From Squalus acanthias (Eukaryota): a DNA stretch of 64,000 bases. The DNA lies in NCBI GenBank assembly GCA_030390025.1, contig CM059432.1:138634001-138698000 (forward strand). The letters run 5' to 3'. The position numbers were made by a program, and so were the translations under genes. Under the pieces are notes generated by a model, which ran no database searches, was not told the origin of the DNA, and saw only the letters and a list, made by a program, of their open reading frames with translations. Shown one piece after another: positions 25,507 through 38,527 of the stretch. Within the stretch, counting starts at the first letter, position 1. Every line of letters begins with the position of its first letter.

Positions 25507-26010
25507 TTCTGGAGAGATTCAACGTTGTGTGAAGGAGTTTTGGGTACTGAGCAGCACTTTGCAGGTTCATTTTGATTTTCCCTTCCTTGTATCGATTTAG
25601 AAGAGACTGTGGGGGCTGCACTCTGTGCTCTTTCCCTGGTACTTTCCATTGTTCTTTCCAGCAGATTTGATGTGCAGGTCTCTCCAGGCCGAGATTCAAG
25701 GCTGCAATGAGTAGGATGTGGATGGAAAGCAAGATCAACCCTCCCCTTTAAGAACTGGCCCGCGCCATTGTGTGTGTGTTCCATTGCTGACTGACATCAC
25801 ATGAGCTTCGCCAGCGCTCTGAGGTAGCGCCTCGCTCCTCGGCCTTTGCGCCATAAGACAGGTGTGAAGCGCCTGATTTAGCGCTCCAATCACCTCCAGG
25901 GGCGATAAAAGTCAAGTTTGCAGTCGGTGGCGATAATTAGCGCCATGCACTAATCTTTGCGTCCGGCCGATAATTGCGCCCCAAATGGGGCGATACTGAA
26001 TTTCTCCCCC
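25103..26010. mobile_element. Non-autonomous PIF/Harbinger element, family A
   Basis: TIR GGGGGAAAAATTCAGT / ACTGAATTTCTCCCCC; TSD ATA inside a CR1 (atagagtt)n tail. Confidence 0.85.
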
Positions 26011-26650
26011 ATAGAGTTATACAGCACAGAAAGAGGCCCTTCGGCCCATTGTGTCCACGCTGGCCATCAAGCCCTGTCTATTCTAATCCCATTTTCCAGC
26101 ACTTGGTCCGTAGCCTTGTATGCTATGGCATTTCAAGTGCTCATCTAAATGCTTCTTGAATGTTGTGAGGGTTCCTGCCTCTACTACCCTTTCAGGCAGT
26201 GAGTTCCAGATTCCAACCACCCTCTGGGTGAAAAAGTTTTTCCTCAAATCCCCTCTAAACCTCCTGCCCCTTATCTTGAAACTATGCCCCCTGGTTATTG
26301 ACCCCTCTACTAAGGGGAAAAGTTGCTTTCTATCTACCCTATCTCTGCCCCTCATAATTTTGTACACCTCAATCAGGTCCCCCCTCAGCCTTCTCTGCTC
26401 TAAGGAAAACAACCCCAGCCTGTCCAGTCTCTCCTCATAGCTGAAGCGCTCCAGCGCAGGCAACATCCTGGTGAATCTCCTCTGCACCCGCTCCAATGCA
26501 ATTACATCCTTCCTATAGTGTGGCGACCAGAACTGCACACAGTATTCCAGCTGTGGCCTAACTAGCGTTTTGTACAGCTCCATCATAACCTCCCTGCTCT
26601 TATATTCTATGCCTCGGCTAATGAAGGCAAGTATCCCATATGCCTTTTTA
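26011..26650 (-). mobile_element. CR1 3' fragment
   Basis: ORF 26083-26751: KAYGILAFISRG...LVRPQLEYCVQFWSP...WNSLPE. Confidence 0.9.
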
Positions 26651-28097
26651 AGTGAGGGTGTCTGCACAATGACTGTGCGGTAGTCACTCCTATCAGTGCT
26701 ATCATGGACAAGATGTGACTGTGACAGGTAGATTGCGGAGGACAAGGTCAAGTAGGTTACTTCCCACCTGATGCAGACCCAGTCTGGCAGCTCTGTCTTT
26801 CAGGACTTGTTTAGTTCAGTCAGCGCTGATACTGAGCCACTCTTGGAGGTGGACATTGAAAACCCCCACCCAGAATACATTCTGTGCCCCTCCTTCCCTC
26901 ACTGCTTCCTCCAAGTGATGTTTAACACAGAGGAGTGTGGTTGGCGGCCATAAACAGGAGGTTTCCTTCACTTTGTTTGACCTGAAACCATCAGACTTCT
27001 TGGTGTCCGGAGTCAATGTTGAGAACTCCCAAGGCCAATGGTCAATAGGAAAGAAAACCGGTGGGGCGGGGGGGGGGCAGTGTAAAACAGGCAGCCGATT
27101 CGCTATCGCCCGCTCTGCGTTCCCGCCCAAGACCAATTTCACCCCCAATAGATCTTCAATAATTATAATATTCTGCTAACATACAGCACTGAAAATGTTG
27201 CCACAAAATTCGAGCCATATATTAGAGGTGGAGTATGAATAAAGTCACACATTTGCACCTTATTAGTGGACCCTTGCTGCAACATTGAGCCAGAATGTTC
27301 ACAATACTGATATGCTGTGACCTCATAGTAAGTGAACTACAGGCTACTATGCAGATTATTATAAACATATCACAAACATATACTGCTTATAGAAAAATAA
27401 ATACAAGAATATAAAAAGAAATGAGAAGTCTTTAATTTTAAAAAAATGTATAGGATACTGTGTACAATATTCAACAGAAAATATATTCTCACCTGATCAT
27501 CTAGTTATCGTCTGGAAGCATTTTCTCATGACCATACACGCCACAATTCGAAAGACTTGCATTTCCAAATGGAGTGCGCCGCATGAAGCAAGGAACTGTT
27601 TCTTGGTTAACTACGGATAAACATTATCGTAAAGCAGCTTTCCTGCCACTACTTGGGTGCTTACTTGTATTAAAATGGAATTAAAATGACGAGCAAGTCA
27701 CTCTGTAATAAATCTGCACCCCTAGCAGAGGGAATTAGCTTCCATTATGAATGACAAAAATAAACAGCTGCTTCCTAATTGAAGACATTCAGGTAATGGC
27801 CTAATCCAACTGCCACATCTGGAGGAGCGCACAGATCCAGAAGATACGTCTAATGAATCCAAAGCATTGAAATTAAAGGAGGGGGTAAGAAAGCATGGTG
27901 GGGTGACAGGGCTGCTAGTGTGTTTTTGTTAGCATGGCAACAATAGAGTAGTAATGATTGTGTTACTTCAATATACACTTCACTGTTAAGTGTTGCTTAC
28001 TTACAAGTTCACCTAATGTTTTGTTACCAATTGAAATATACACTTGCAGAAAACTTTTGCTCTACTTGCATAGTAATCCAGCGTTCTATGTTTAACT

Positions 28098-28315
28098 TAC
28101 ATAGAATTTAACAGCGCAGAAACAGGTCATTCGGCCCAACTGGTCCATGCCGGTGTTTATGCTCCACACCAGCCTCCTTCCGCTGCTCTTCATCTCACCC
28201 TACCAGCATATCCTTCTATTCCTTTCTCCCTCATGTACTTATCTAGCTTCCCTTTAAATGCAGCTATCCTATTCGCGAGTTCCACATTCTAACCATTCTC
28301 TGAGTAAAGAACTTC
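28098..28315 (-). mobile_element. CR1 3' end
   Basis: Reverse complement of the 3' UTR type at 2020-2220. Confidence 0.7.
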
Positions 28316-28371
28316 TTATTTCTTTCAATGAAAGAGGCACAGGCAAGAGAAAGAATGCTAGCACGGTAATG

Positions 28372-30926
28372 TCCTTGCTACCGTCAGTGCTTCTTCCAAG
28401 CGGTGTTCAACATGGAGGAGTACTGATTCATCAGCTGAGGGAGGGCGGTAGGTGGTGATCAGCAGGAGGTTTGAATGTACTCTGGGTGGGGGACTTCAAT
28501 GTCCATCACCAAGAGTGGCTCGGTAGCACCACTACTGACCGAGCTGGCCGAGTCCTGAAGGACATAGCTGCCAGATTGAGGCTGCGGCAGGTGGTGAGAG
28601 AACCAAGACAAGGGAAAAACCTACTTGACCTCGTCCTCACCAATCTACCTGTCGCAGATGCATCTGTCCATGACAGCATTGGTAGCAGTGACCACCGCAC
28701 AGTCCTTGTGGAGACGAAGTCCCGCCTTCACACTGAGGACACCCTCCATCGTGTTGTGTGGCACTACCAGCGTGCTAAATGGGATAGATTCAGAACAAAT
28801 CTAGCAGCTCAAAACTGGGCATCCATGAGGCGCTGTGGACCATCAGCAGCAGTAGAACTGTATTCCACCACAATCTGTAACCACATGGCCTGGCATATCC
28901 CTCACTCTACCATTACCATCAAGCCAGGGGACCAACCCTGGTTCAATAAAGAGTGTAGAAGAGCATGCCAGGAGCAGCACCAGGCGTACCTAAAAATGAG
29001 GTGCCAACCTGGGGAAGCTTCAACACAGGACTACATGCATGCTAAACAGCAGAGGCAGCATGCTATAGACAGAGCTAAGCGATCCCACAACCAATGGATA
29101 AGATCAAAGCTCTGGAGTCTTGCCACATCTAGTCATGAATGGTGGTGGACAATTAAACAACTAACGGGAGGAGGAGGCTCCATGAACATCCCCATCCTCA
29201 ATGATGGTGGAGCCCAGCATGCGAGTGCAAAAGACAAGACCATCTTCAGCCAGAAGTGCTGAGTGGTTGATCCATCTCGGCCTCCTCCTGATGTCCCCAC
29301 CATCACAGAAGCCATTCTTCAGCCAATTTGACTCACTCCAAGTGATATCAAGAAATGGCTGAGCGCACTGGATACAGCAAAGGCTGTGGGCCCCTGACAA
29401 CATCCCGGCTATCGTGCTGAAGACTTGTGCTCCAGAACTAGCCGCGCCTCTAGCCAAGCTGCTCCAGTACAATTACAACACTGGCATCTACCCGACAATG
29501 TAGAAAACTGCCCAGGTATGTCCTGTCCACAAAAAGCAGGACAAATCCAATCTGGCCAATTACCGCCCCATCAATCTACTCTCAATCATCAGCAAAGTGA
29601 TGGAAGGTGTCGTCGACAGTGCTATCAAGCGGCACTTACTCACCAATAACCTGCTCACTGATCCTCAGTTTGGGTTCCGCCAGGACCTCTCGCCTCCAGA
29701 CCTCATTACAACCTTGGTCCAAACATGGACAAAAGAACTGATTTCCAGAGGTGAGGTGAGAGTGACTGCCCTTGACATCAAGGCAGCATTTGACCAAGTG
29801 TGGCATCAAGGAGCCGTAGTCAAATTGAAGTCAATGGGAATCAGGGGGAAAGTTCTCCACTGGCTGGAGTCATACCTAGCACAAAGGAAGATGGTTGGGG
29901 CTGTTGGAGGCCAATCATCTCAGCCCCAGGACATCGCTGCAGGAGTTCTTCAGGGCAGTGTCCTCGGCCCAACCATCTTCAGCTGCTGCATCAATGACTT
30001 TCCCTCCATCATAATGTCAGAAGTGGGGATGTTCGCTGATGATTGCACAGTGTTCAGTTCCATTCGCAACTCCTCAGATAATGAAGCAGTCCACGCCCGC
30101 ATGCAGCAAGACCTGGACAACATTCAGGCTTAGGCTGATAAGTGGCAAGTAACATTCGTGCCACACAAGTGCCAGGCAATGACTACCTCCAACAAGGGAG
30201 AGTCTAACCACCTCGCCTTGACATTCAACGGCATTACCATCGCCGAATCCCCTACCATCAACATCCTGGGGGGTCACCATTGACCAGAAACTTAACTGGA
30301 CCAGCCACATAAATACTGTGGAAACAAGAGCAGGTCAGAGGCTAGGTATTCTGCGACGAGTGTCTCACCTCCTGACTCCCCAAAGCCTTTCCACCATCTA
30401 CAAGGCGTAAGTCAGGGGTTTGATGGAATTCTCTCCACTTGCCTGGATGAGTGTACCTGCAACAACACTCATGAAGCTCGACACCATCCAGGACAAAGCA
30501 GCACCGCCTGATCGGCACCCCATCCACCACCTTAAACATTCACTCCGTCCACCACCGGCGTACCGTGGCTGCAGTGTGTACCATCTCCAAGATGCACTGC
30601 AGCAACTCGCCAAGGCTTCATTGGCAGCACCTCCCAAACCCGCGACCTCTTCCACCTAGAAGAACAAGGCCAGCAGGCACATGGGAACACCATCACCTCC
30701 AAATCACACACCATCCTGACTTGGAAATATATCGCCGTTCATTCATCGTCGCTGGGTCAAAATCTGGAACTCCCTCCCTAACAGCACTGTGGGAGTACCT
30801 TCACCACACAGACTGCAGTGGTTCAAGGCGGCGGCTCACCACCACCTTCTCAAGGGTAATTAGGGATGGGCAATAAAAGCTGGCCTTGCCGGCGATGCCC
30901 ACATCCCAGGAACAAATATAAAAAGA
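28372..30926 (+). mobile_element. CR1-group (Zenon-like) LINE, 5'-truncated with a 5' inversion; APE endonuclease and RT remnants
   Basis: WVGDFNVHH...SDH (APE), ALDIKAAFDQVWH, QGSVLGP and MFADD (RT); A-rich tail; TSD ACGGTAATG at 28363-28371 and 30927-30935. The clade label is tentative. Confidence 0.85.
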
Positions 30927-31066
30927 ACGGTAATGACCTGAGGCAAATGAAAGTGAGAACCATTCTTTGGAAAGGAGACTAGAAAAAGGCAAAACACCAA
31001 GAGTGAGCAGGATGCTGTCCCATCGCATTATCTTCGACATGCAGGCACCAGCACAGAAACCTCCAC

Positions 31067-31835
31067 CTCAGGGGAATAAGACAGGGAGAATCATGGGGCT
31101 CATGGGGTTGGGGGTAATATATTAGGACGGACAGAGGATTGGTTAACGGACAGAAAACAGAGAGTAGGAGTAAATGGGTCATTTTTGGGTTGGCAGGTTG
31201 TAACTGGCGGGGTACCGCAAGGATCAGTTCTTGGGCCTCAGCTATTCACAATCTATATCAATGACTTGGATGAGGGGACTGAGTATAATGTATCCAAGTT
31301 TACTGATGATACAAAGCTAGGTGGGAAAGTAAGCTGTGAGGAGGTCACAAAGAGCCTGCAAAGGGATATAAACCGGTTAAGTGAGTGGGCAAGAAGGTGG
31401 TAGATGGAGTGTAATGAGGAGAAATGTGAAATTATTCACTTTGGTGGGAAGAATAGTAAAGCAGAATATTTTTTAAGAGGTGAGAGACTAGTAAATGTTG
31501 GTACTCAGAGGGGTTTGTGTGTTCTTGTACACGAATCACAGAATGCTAACATGCAGGTACAGCAAGAAATTAAGAAGGCAAATGGTATGTTAGCCTTTAT
31601 TGCAAGGGGGTTAGAGTATAAGAGTAAGGAAGTCTTGCTACAATTATAATAGAGCTTCGGTGAAACCGCACCTGGAGTACTGTGGACAGTTTTGGTGTAC
31701 TTACCTAAGGAAGGTTAGACTTGCCTTAGAGGGGGTGCAACAAAGGTTCACTAGATTGATTCCTGGGATGAGAGGGCTGTCCTATGAGGAGAGATCGAGT
31801 AGAATGGGCCTATATTCGCAGGAGTTTAGAGGAAT
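31067..31835 (+). mobile_element. CR1 RT fragment (host; continues at 37524-37668)
   Basis: [28 protein letters not shown]; breaks at gagtttagaggaat and resumes at aagaatgagaggcgatctc. Confidence 0.85.
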
Positions 31836-34800
31836 AGGAACATAGGAATAGAGGAACATCGGAACAGGAGCAGGCCATTTAGCTCCTCGAGCCTGTTCCA
31901 CCATTCAATGAGATCGTGGCTGATCTGCGACCTAACTCCATTTACCCGCCTTTGCCCCATATCCCTTAATACTTTTCAGATGATCAGAGCGGACGCCATT
32001 GTATCCCACTTGATACAAATATCAAAGGCTCCGGTGGACAAAGAATTTCGACACCAGGTGAAGTGACAGCTTTCGACAAACCTGGTGGCGACACCAAGAT
32101 CGTCAACTAGGTCTGATCCATTCAACTTGGACGAACTAAACGCAGCCCTGTCGACAACCAAATCTGGAAAAGCTGCTGCACCAGATGGTGTTTACCCAGA
32201 ACTCTTAAAAGCACTGGGACCCAAAGCGAAGAGATGGTTGACCTCCTTCTTTCTCCGAGGTACTGGCAACCGGTAATATTCCACCTATTTGGAGGGAGAC
32301 TAAAATAATTACCCTCCTGAAGCAAGGGAAGAATGCTTGTGAAGCCTCCAGTTACCACCCGATCTCCTACTTTGCACTTGTTATAAAGTGCTGGAGAGGC
32401 TACTACTCCACAGACTAGCCCCCATCATCGAGCCAACCATTCCTAAGCAGCAAGCGGGCTTCCGGAGCGGCCGCAACTGCTGTGATCAAGTGGTAGCTTT
32501 AACAACGCACATCGAAGCAGGCTTCTAGCGCCAGCTCAAGACTGCCGTAGCACTCGTGGACCAGTCAGCGGCGTATGACACAGTATGGAAGCATGGACTG
32601 CTTTTGAAGCTCTCCACCATTTTATCCTGCAGAACAACGATCTATCTTCCCTTCTCAACTCCATGTGTAGCAACCAACGCTTACGTATGCACTCTGGCAC
32701 CCAGAAGAGCAGATATAGCACATTGAACAATGGACTCCCACAGGGTTCTGTCCTGGTACCCATATTATTCAACGTTTACACCAGTGACCTGCCCGAAACA
32801 GAGTCCCGCAAGTTTGTATACGCTGATGATATTGCTTTGGCCACGCAAAACATGATCTGTCATCACCGAGGAGACCCTGACCAGTGATTTACAGATGGAG
32901 GCCTACTTCCACCGATGGCGACTTCGGCCAAACCCGCAAAAGACCGTCACCTCGACATTCCGCCTCAACACCCATCAAGCAAACCAAGCTTTGAAGGTCT
33001 CCTTTTGCGGCGCAGAGGTAAACCATGCCAAAAAACCCTCCTATTTAGGAGTTCGCTCAAATCGCACCCTGTCATATAGACAACATCTCCAGAACCGTGG
33101 GAAGAAACTAAAGAGTAGGGTCAACTTGATCCAGAAACTCTCTGGATCCACCTGGGGAGCAGATGCTCAAACCCTCCGTACGGCAGCACTCGCCCTGGTG
33201 TACTCTACAGCGGAGTACTGCTCTCCGGCATGGCTATCGAGTCCGCATGTCAAATCCGTTGATGTCCAGTTGAATTCTACTATGAGAATTATTACCGGTA
33301 CGCTTTTATCGACACCAACACCTTGGCTTCCCGTGCTTGTAAACATCGCACCACCACACCTACGCCGCGAATATGCAGTCTCCAGAGAATACAACCGCTA
33401 CACCAGCAAAGACACGCCGATCCAGGCCGACTTGAACAACGTACCACCAACCCGTCTCAAATCTCGAAGGCCATTTTGGACCATCACCGAAGCCCTTCAG
33501 CGATCTCCCCTCAGCCTTGATGACCGATGGCGAAATGCTTGGAAGAACAGTGACATACGGAATGGATTCCTTATAGAGGACCCCACAGTACAACCTGAAG
33601 GCTCAAACCTTCCTCGCAAACAGTGGACAACCATCAACCACCTCAGAACCGGTTATGGTCGATGCTGCCACCTTCTCCATAGGTGGAAAATTAAAGCATC
33701 CCCATCATGCGACTGTGGAGCTCCTAATCAGACCCTGGAGCACATCATTGAGCACTGCCCTCAGAGGAAATTCGCAGGCAGCCTACAAGATGTCCACACT
33801 GTTACACCGGAAGCTTTGGCCTGGATATCTGACTTAGATATTGACATTTGATTTGCTTTGCTACTACCATACGAAAGATGAAGAATACTTTTGGTTAACA
33901 AAAATCTATCAATCTCAGATTGAAAATTAACAATTGATCTAGCATAAATTGCCGTTTGCAGAAGAGAGTTCCAAACTTCTACCACCCTTTGTGTGTAGAA
34001 GTGTTTCCTAATTTCACTCCTGAAAGCACTGACTCTAATATTTAGACTTTGCCCCCTAGTCCTAGACTCCCCAACCGGCGGAAATAGTTTCTCCACATCT
34101 ACCCTATCTGCTTCCCTTAATATCTTGAAAACTTCGATCAAATCACCCCTTAACCTTCTAAATTCTAGGGAATACAACCCTAGTTTGTGTAATCTCTCCT
34201 CGTAATTTAACCCCTGAAGTCCAGGTATCATTCTGGAAAACCTACGCTGCACTCCCTCCAAGGCCAATATATCTTTCCTAAGGTGTGGTGCCCAGAACTG
34301 CTCACAGTACTCCAGTTGTGGTCTAACCAGGGCTTTGTATAGCTGCAGCATAACTTCTACCCCCTTGTATTCTAGTCCTCTAGATATAAAGGGCAGCATT
34401 CCATTAGCCTTTTTGATTATTTTTTGTATCTGTTCATGACATTTTAATGATCTATATACCTGGACCTCCAAGTCTCTTTGGACCTCCACTGTTTTTAGCT
34501 TTTCACCATTTAGAAAGTACTCTGTTCTATCCTTTTTAGGTCCAAAGTGGATGACCTCACATTTGCCTACATTGAAATCCATTTGCCACAGTTTTTCCCA
34601 TTCACTTAATCTATCAAGATCGCTTTGTAATTTTTTCATCTGCACTACCTACAATGCCGCCTATCTTTGTGTCATCAGCAAATTTGGATATTAGGCTTTC
34701 TATCCCATCATCTAAGTCGCTAATAAATGCAGTGAATAGTTGAGGCCCCAACACAGATCCCTGTGGGACCAATAGTCACATCCTGCCAATAGAGTACCTG

Positions 34801-37523
34801 CCCATTATCCCTACTCTGTCTCCTGCCGCTCAGCCCATTTCTTAACCAGGTCAATAATTTTACCTCAATTCCGTGGGCTTCTACCTTAGATAACAGTCTA
34901 TTACGTGGGACTTTATCAAATGCCTTCTGGAAGACCATATAAATAACATCCATAGACATCCCCCTGTCCACTACTTTAGTCACCTCTTCAAAAAATTCAA
35001 TCAGGTTCGTCAGACATGACCTACCTTTTACAAATCCATGCTGGTTCTCTCTGATCAGCTGACAGTTTTCAAGGTGTTCAGTCACTCTATCCTCAATTAT
35101 AGACTCTAGCAATTTCCCGACAACGGATGTTAGGCTAACTGGTCTATAATTGCCTGGTTTCCCTCTCTCGCCATTCTTAAATAGCGGAGTGACATGCACA
35201 ATTTTCCAATCTAAAGGAACGGTTACTGAATCAAGAGAACCTTGTAAGATTATAGTTAGGGCATCTGCAATGTGCTCACCTACTTCCGTTAAAACCCTGG
35301 GATGGAAATCATCTGGTCCTGGGGATTTGTCACTCTTTAGTGCCATTATTTTCTTCATTACTGTTTATTTTGTTGAGTCCCTGGTTCAATATTAGTTTCC
35401 TTCGGATTTCAGGCATGCTATCCTCTTCCTCTACTGTAAATACTAATGCAAAATAATTATTCAACATGTCTGCCATTTGCTTATCATTGACAATATCGCC
35501 GTTATCAGTTATCAAGGGGCCAACATTACTCCTGACCACCCTCTTTTTCCTAATATAATTGTAAAAAAAAGTGTTGATTTTGATATCCCTTGCAAGTTTC
35601 CTTTCATACCCCCTTTTTGTAGCTCTAACTACCTGTTTTGTCACTCTTTACTGTTCTTTTATATCTTTCCCATTCGCCAGGATCTGTGCTATTTTTTAAA
35701 TTTTTGTATGCTTTTTCTTTCAGTTTTATGTTGTCTCTTACCTCTTTAGTCACCCATGGCTTTTTTTTTGGCAAGTAGAGCTCTTGCCCCTTAGGGGCAT
35801 AAACTGGTTCTGTATCACATTAAATTATTTTTTGAACATCTCCCACTGATCTTCTGTCATTTTACCCATTAACAGATTTGCCCAGTTTACTGTGGACAGT
35901 CTCTGTCTCATCGCATTGAAGTCAGCCTTACTAAATCTAGAATCTTAGTAGCTGTTTCGCGTTTCTCCCTTTCAAGCACTACACTGAACTCGATCATGTT
36001 ACGATCGCTATTAGATAAGTGTTCACGCACCGTCAGGCTGTTAACTAAATCTGGCTCATTACTAAATCTAATATGGCACACCCCTTTGTTGGTTCTAGGA
36101 CATATTGTTGCATAAAACTATCCGAAACACACTCAAGAAATTCACTACCTTTCTGACATGTGCTAGTCTGCTTATGCCGATCTATATGAAAGTTAAAACC
36201 CCCCATTAAAACCACCCTGCCTTTGCTACATGCTTGTCTAATCTCTGTATTTATACAATCTAGCATTTCACAGCTGCTACCAGGGGGCCTATACACAACT
36301 CCCACTACTGTCTTATATCCTTTCCTATTTCTTAATTCTACCCATAAAGTCTCCACTGCCTGCTTTCCTCTCGTTATATCCTCTCTTATCATTGAAGTGA
36401 TTTCATCCTTAATCACAAATGCTACTCCTCCCCCTCTACCATTTTCACTATCTTTCCTGTGGACCTTATAACCTGGTATATTAAGTTCCCAGTCCTGACC
36501 GTCTTACACCTACCTAATCTGCTTATCCCTGCACCAATTTGTACGTGGCTCAGGAAATAATAGAGATTATAACCCTTGAGGTCTGTTCTTTAATTTAGCT
36601 CCTAGTTCCTGGTACTCCCCAAACAGGTCCTCTTGCCTACTCTTCCCAATGTTGTTGGTCCCAACATGGACCACAACGACTGGATCCTCCCCCTCCCCCT
36701 CCAGTATCCTTTCAAGCCGGTTCGAGGTGTCCCTCACCTTGGCACCAGGTAGGCAACATACCATGTGGGACTCTCGATCTTGCTTACAAAGGATGCTATC
36801 TGTTCCCCTAATCATTGAATTCCCCATAACTACCACATTACGCTTCCCCTCCTCTTCCTCCTCCCCCCTTTGGACAGCCTCCTGCTCCAAGGTGCCATGG
36901 TCCGCATTCTGGCTGTCCCTCCGACAGTCTTTACCCATATCCTCACAGGTAGCAAGTACATTGTACCTGTTGAATAGGATCAATTCCTGTGAATCCTCGT
37001 TCTCTATCTCACCTGGGTTCCCCTTACTCTGCACACTATCGGTCACACCAACGCTGTTCTGAGCCTGCATCTCTCTATCAGGTGCTCCCCCTCCCTTATG
37101 TGTCGGAGTGTCACCAACTCGCACTCCGGCTCAATGACTCTGAGCTGGAGAGATTCGGGACGGAGACATCTACTCCAGATGTATTTGCTTAGGACAGTCT
37201 CGCTGTCCACAAACTCCCACATATGGCAGTCCAGACACACAACCTGCTCTGCCATATCTTAGTCTAGATTATTTATATTATTTATATCTACTTAAATTTT
37301 CTTTTTCTTTTTTACACACTAACTTGTACTAAGCACTAAAACACTGGAAAACATTTTAAATGCCTCTATTTATTAGACTACTATCTAGTAGATATGACGC
37401 CACTTTTTGAATTGTTCCCTGCCTCTCTTTTGGTGTTTGCTCTGCTGCACTGCCGCTGTCGCCGGGTTCCGGCGCTGTTTTTAAATGCTCCGCTCTCCCG
37501 ATGTGCTCTGCTGCACTGCCCAC
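31836..37523 (-). mobile_element. Near full-length CR1 element (5' UTR, ORF1 with zinc finger and SGNH esterase, ORF2 EN/RT; many disablements)
   Basis: ORF1 pieces 37043-37255 (CxxC..W) and 36567-37124 (VVMGNSMIR..CLPGAKV..VVHVGTNN); ORF2 pieces 36045-36416 (GVVYRPP, MGGFN), 35330-35644, 34720-35358 and 33884-34645; (ataggaac)n tail at ~31836. Confidence 0.9.
31977..33883 (+). mobile_element. Vingi (Ingi-related) non-LTR retrotransposon, 5'-truncated
   Basis: NNGLPQGSVL.P.LFNVYTSD, YADD, WRLRPNP.KT, KLSGSTWGADAQTLRT.ALALVYSTAEYC, C-terminal CDCG..QT.EHII..C; 3' end ccatacgaaagatgaag; 9-bp TSD AATACTTTT (31968-31976, 33884-33892). Confidence 0.8.
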
Positions 37524-37668
37524 AAGAATGAGAGGCGATCTCATTGAAACATTATAAAATTATAGAGGGCTTGACAGGGTAGATGCTGAGAGGCTGTTTC
37601 CCCTTACTGGAGAGTCTAGAACTAGGGGTCAGAGTCTCAGGAGAAGGGGTCAGCCATTTAGGACCGAG
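37524..37668 (+). mobile_element. Continuation of the host CR1 at 31067-31835
   Basis: RMRGDLIETYKI..TRG sequence. Confidence 0.8.
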
Positions 37669-37914
37669 AACCTGCAGTCCATCATCGGAGCGAGTGGCAA
37701 CTGCACAGACGTCGGCTGGAGGAGCCCCCGATGCCATGGGATCATCCTAGACACTGCTTCTCTCAGGAATCCTGTGACTGGCTATTGAAACCTGGAGCAC
37801 CAATTGACAGGAGTCAATCACTTCTGGCCGTGAGAGGCTAGGAGATCAGCTTAAGAGGACCTTGATTGCAGGTTTCACATTCCTCTTATAGAAACTGTAA
37901 TATTTAAACTGTAA

Positions 37915-38527
37915 TATAGAAACAGAGAAAAATAGGAGCAGGAGTAGGCCATTCGAGCCTGCTCCGCCATTCAATATTATCATGGCTGATCCTCTATCTC
38001 AATACCATATTCCCGCTCTCTCCCCATACCCCTTGACGCCTTTTGTGTCTAGAAATCTATCTATCTCCTTCTTAAATATATTCCTCCACAGCCTTCTGTG
38101 GTAGAGAATTCCACAGGTTCACCACCCTCTGAGTGAAGAGATTTCTCCTCATCTCAGTCCTAAATGTCCTACCCCGTATCCTGAGACTGTGACCCCTCGT
38201 TCTAGATCCCCCAGCCAGGGGAAACATCTTCCCTGCATCCAGTCTGTCTAGCCCTGTCAGAATTTTATACGTTTCAATGAGAACCCCTCTCATTCTTCTA
38301 AACTCTAGTGAATACAGGCCTAGTCGACCTAATCTCTCCTCATACGACAGTCCTGCCATCTCAGGAATCAGTCTGGTGAACCTTCGCTGCACTCCCTCTA
38401 TGGCGAGTATATCCTTTCTTAGGTAAGGAGACCAAAACTGCACACAGTACTCCAGGTGTGGTCTCACCAAGGCCCTGTACAACTGTAGTTAGACATCGTT
38501 GCTCCTGTACTCAAATCCTCTTGCAAT
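37915..38527 (-). mobile_element. CR1/HER1 3' fragment
   Basis: ORF 38072-38482; very similar to 42828-43379. Confidence 0.9.

Larger units (their letters stand above)
22860..27030 (-). mobile_element. Old, fragmented CR1-group (Zenon-like) LINE hosting four younger insertions
   Basis: Decayed reverse-complement homology to 28372-30926 (e.g. HHLEEA..AQNVFWVGVFNVHLQEWLS in ORF 26816-27148); interrupted at 23945, 24183, 25103 and 26011. Confidence 0.7.

Noticed and set aside
25092..26021. Apparent 11-bp TSD (ATAGAGTTATA) around a Harbinger MITE
   Set aside because: Explained by a 3-bp ATA TSD inside a tandem octamer CR1 tail.
33761..34645. 294-aa ORF as a CR1-Vingi fusion protein
   Set aside because: Chance read-through of a dead CR1 frame into the antisense strand of the inserted Vingi.
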